A stretch of 45,964 bases of DNA from Terriglobia bacterium (lineage in GTDB: Bacteria; Acidobacteriota; Terriglobia; UBA7540): the NCBI GenBank assembly GCA_020072905.1, contig JAIQGB010000060.1, forward strand, positions 1-45,964, in the 5' to 3' direction. The position numbers and the translations under genes were made by a program. Shown here piece after piece: positions 43,507 through 45,964 of this stretch (the first letter of the stretch is position 1; each line of letters opens with the position of its first letter). Under the pieces are notes generated by a model that was not told the origin of the DNA, searched no databases, and worked only from the letters and a program-made list of their open reading frames with translations.

Positions 43507-44421
43507 CTAAGTCCGGGGGGATTCCGGGCGCAGAGAGGCGAGGACAGCAATCAGCAGAATCGAGAGGATGATCCCGAGGGACAGGAGTATGGGGACCTTG
43601 TAAAACTCCGCGGCCAGCATCTTGACGCCCACGAAAATGAGAACCAGCGAGAGGCCCGGGCGCAGGTAGCGGAACTTCCGAATGGCCCCAGCCAGCACGA
43701 AATAGAGCGCCCGCAATCCCAGAATCGCGAAGATGTTGGAAGTGTAGACAATGAAGGGATCGAGGGTGACGGAAAAAACCGCGGGAATCGAATCCACGGC
43801 AAAAAGCACATCCGTCGTCTCCACCAGGAGGAGGACCAGCAGCAGCGGGGTGGCCAGCCGCCGGCCTTCCCGCACGACAAAGAATTTCGCCCCCTCGTAC
43901 TCCGGCGTGATGGGAAAGATTCGGCGCGCCAGCCGCATCACGGGACTGCGCTGAGGGTCAAACTGCTCAGGCTTCTGCCTGAAGAGCCTGATTCCGGTAA
44001 GGACCAGGAACGCCCCGAAAATATAGAGAACCCAATGAAAGCGCGCCACCAACGCCACTCCGGCGGCGATGAAGGCGGCACGCATCACCAAAGCTCCCAG
44101 AATTCCCCAGAACAGCACGCGGTGTTGGAATTCGCTGCGCACTCCCAGGACGGCGAAGATCACCGCAAAGACAAAAACGTTGTCCATGGAGAGCGAGACT
44201 TCCAGGATGTAGCCGGTCAGGAATTCCAGCGCCGGCTGCCCGCCGCGCCAGAAGTAGATTCCCAGATTGAAGGCGATGGCGAGCACCACCCAGAAGGCAT
44301 ACCAGCCGATGGCTTCGCGGAAGGAGAGCCGGTGCGGTTGGCGCTGAAAGACACCCAAGTCGAGCGCCAGCATCAAAAGCACAAACAGCGTGAAGAGGGC
44401 CAGGGCAAGGGTCTCACTCAT
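43507..44421 (-). CDS. TerC-family integral membrane protein
   Basis: Multi-TM protein with the paired motifs E.SLSMDNVFVF and ETTDVLFAVDSIPAVF. Confidence 0.85.
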   Translation of the reverse strand: MSETLALALFTLFVLLMLALDLGVFQRQPHRLSFREAIGWYAFWVVLAIAFNLGIYFWRGGQPALEFLTGYILEVSLSMDNVFVFAVIFAVLGVRSEFQHRVLFWGILGALVMRAAFIAAGVALVARFHWVLYIFGAFLVLTGIRLFRQKPEQFDPQRSPVMRLARRIFPITPEYEGAKFFVVREGRRLATPLLLVLLLVETTDVLFAVDSIPAVFSVTLDPFIVYTSNIFAILGLRALYFVLAGAIRKFRYLRPGLSLVLIFVGVKMLAAEFYKVPILLSLGIILSILLIAVLASLRPESPRT

Positions 44422-44496
44422 TTTTCGGCGCGGCTGGAATTGATCAGGTCCCGGACACGAACGGACGAAGCCCCTGGCCCGCGCGGCCCGCGCGTC

Positions 44497-45441
44497 TCAT
44501 TGCAGGCGAGTCCTTTCCAACTCGTCCAGAGTTGCCACCACTACCCTGCCGACGATGGTCAAGCTTGTCGGGCTGCATTTGTCGAGGGTGTCCTGGGCGG
44601 TGTGCCAGTAGCGGTTATTCGGTCCGTAGTCAAAATCCAACAGATCGGTCGCGGCGACCCCGGCGTTCACGAAGGGGATGTGATCGTCCACGTAGGCCCT
44701 CGCCTCGTCCTGGAAATACTTGCCGTACCCAAGTCCCCGAGCGCTCCGGAAGACCGTGTCGGTCAGCCACGGCGTGGAGTTGTATTCGCGGTGGATGTTC
44801 AGGCGCGCGTCGCCGATCATGTCCACCAGGATCAGGGCTTCGATGCGGCTCAATTCGCCGTCCGAGGTGAGTTTCTGGACCAAGTGGCGGCTGCCGTACA
44901 GGCCGTCTGTTTCCGTGAAGTCCTGAAAGGCCTCTTCGCCATCAAAGAAGACCAGCCAGTAGGTGAAGCCATTCTTCCGGCGGGCGAGGACTCGCGCCAT
45001 CTCCAGCAGGAGCGCAGCGCTCGAGCCGCCGTCGTTGGCCCCGGCGAATGGAAAATCGCCGAATCTTTTGGTCTCGTAATGCCCGGCGATGATCACCACC
45101 TGCCGTCGCGCCCCGGGAATCCGGGCAATCAAGTTCACCATGGGAACGCTGCCCGCAGGCGTCGAAGCCACGAAGCGGTCTTCTTCGACGGCGACGCCCG
45201 CCTGCCGGAGCTGGCCGCGGATTTCCTTCCGCGCTTCCTCGAGCGCCTGGGAGCCCGAGGGCCGCGGACCCAGCGCGACCAGGCGCTTCAAGTCTTCGAA
45301 GGCTCTCCCACCGTTGAAGGTCAGGGTCTCGGCGGCCCAGCACGTCGCGACCGCCCAGAGCAAGGCGCAGGAGACCCAGCCGAGCCGACTCCGCAGCCGT
45401 TTGCCCCTCGTGCCGGTCCAAGCAATCAGAGCCATCTCCAA
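44497..45441 (-). CDS. M28-family metallopeptidase (glutaminyl-cyclase-like)
   Basis: It has a signal peptide. Zn-ligand regions are AGHYETK, GANDGGSSAALLLE, FFDGEEA, and the distal HT.QDT. Confidence 0.85.
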   Translation of the reverse strand: MEMALIAWTGTRGKRLRSRLGWVSCALLWAVATCWAAETLTFNGGRAFEDLKRLVALGPRPSGSQALEEARKEIRGQLRQAGVAVEEDRFVASTPAGSVPMVNLIARIPGARRQVVIIAGHYETKRFGDFPFAGANDGGSSAALLLEMARVLARRKNGFTYWLVFFDGEEAFQDFTETDGLYGSRHLVQKLTSDGELSRIEALILVDMIGDARLNIHREYNSTPWLTDTVFRSARGLGYGKYFQDEARAYVDDHIPFVNAGVAATDLLDFDYGPNNRYWHTAQDTLDKCSPTSLTIVGRVVVATLDELERTRLQ

Positions 45442-45510
45442 GAACTATACCCCTTGGGCGTTACGTAGGGTGATCGATGTAGCGACTCGGGGAATTAAGT
45501 CGGAACGGCA

Positions 45511-45964
45511 CTAGGCCTGCTCATGCCGCCGCGCTCGCTTCTTCTTCAGGTAGACAATCCAGGAAAGGCCGATGCTGATGATATAGAGCCCCACCATGGG
45601 AATCCAGAGGATGAACACCGTGGCCAGGTCTGGCGTGGGAGCAATGGCAGCGGCAAGCACTGCCGTTACCAGAACCGCATAGCGCACGTTCTTGATCAGA
45701 AACTTCGGCGTGACGATCCCGAAGATGGACAAAATCAGAATGATGACCGGCAACTCGAAGACCAAGCCCACTCCCACGATGATCGTTGTCACCAGCTTCC
45801 AGTACTGGTCGATGGTGATGAAGGGTTGGAACCGGTGTCCGAACTCCACCAGAAATTTCAGCGCCGGCGGCAGGGCCAGCTTGTGAGCGAAGAGCCCACC
45901 CCCGATGAAAAGGCCACTGGTCAGGATCACAAAGGGCCAGACGTAGCGTTTCTCGTGCCGATAG
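45511..45964 (-). CDS. tatC: Twin-arginine translocase subunit TatC (5' end outside window)
   Basis: The frame is open to the window edge (..YRHEKRYVWPFVILTSGLFIGGGLFAH..). The TatC C-terminal TM pattern is present (VFELPVIILILS.. and LVTAVLAAAIAPTPD). Confidence 0.85.
   Translation of the reverse strand, partial: YRHEKRYVWPFVILTSGLFIGGGLFAHKLALPPALKFLVEFGHRFQPFITIDQYWKLVTTIIVGVGLVFELPVIILILSIFGIVTPKFLIKNVRYAVLVTAVLAAAIAPTPDLATVFILWIPMVGLYIISIGLSWIVYLKKKRARRHEQA

Noticed and set aside
44422-44496. Possible yybP-ykoY (Mn) riboswitch upstream of the TerC-family gene
   Set aside because: Only about 75 nt separate the gene from the upstream peptidase stop. I see a short CGCGCG-GGC-CGCGCG hairpin but none of the conserved riboswitch core, and the space is too small for the four-helix motif.

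Overview
GC-rich bacterial chromosomal segment, most consistent with Acidobacteriota: it carries an ADOP-type duplicated orphan permease, a PEGA-domain protein and a Gly-rich TolC-like protein. I call about 38 protein-coding genes. I saw no rRNA, tRNA, CRISPR array, integrase or transposase.

Gene content in order:
- Partial aldehyde dehydrogenase.
- htrA plus a PG-binding protein.
- Gly/Met-rich secreted protein.
- EamA transporter.
- Small zinc-ribbon ORF plus LeuA-family synthase.
- PEGA protein.
- truA.
- REC-PP2C regulator, ADOP permease and TolC-like OMP.
- Tat-exported gluconolactonase.
- Acyl-CoA cluster: split B12 mutase, short crotonase, thiolase, SCP2-like protein, DUF35 protein and thioesterase.
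- hutH.
- GT2 and GT4 glycosyltransferases.
- pilD.
- PAS-only membrane protein.
- Disrupted hybrid histidine kinase with an intact REC-HD-GYP regulator.
- purQ and purL (PurS-like N-terminal fusion).
- Two tandem secreted paralogs.
- menG/ubiE and aroB.
- nadB, terC-family, M28 peptidase and partial tatC.

Main second-look signals:
1. At least 13 arrays of tandem 7-8 nt 'words', often as inverted pairs forming long hairpins. They sit exactly at gene boundaries, fill the spacers of the mutase operon, and in three places are read as coding sequence (an in-frame truA loop, the GT2 tail, the SCP2-like start).
2. A 541-bp DUF4258/YgiT-zinc-finger toxin-antitoxin cassette lies between the crotonase and thiolase genes. 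A 7-bp direct repeat flanks it, and removing the cassette restores the ancestral stop codon.
3. Three genes within about 7 kb carry domain-level lesions: a GT2 lacking its DxD core, a hybrid kinase lacking its ATP-binding core, and a sensor ending after its PAS domain.

All family assignments come from motif recognition by eye. None has been checked against a database.
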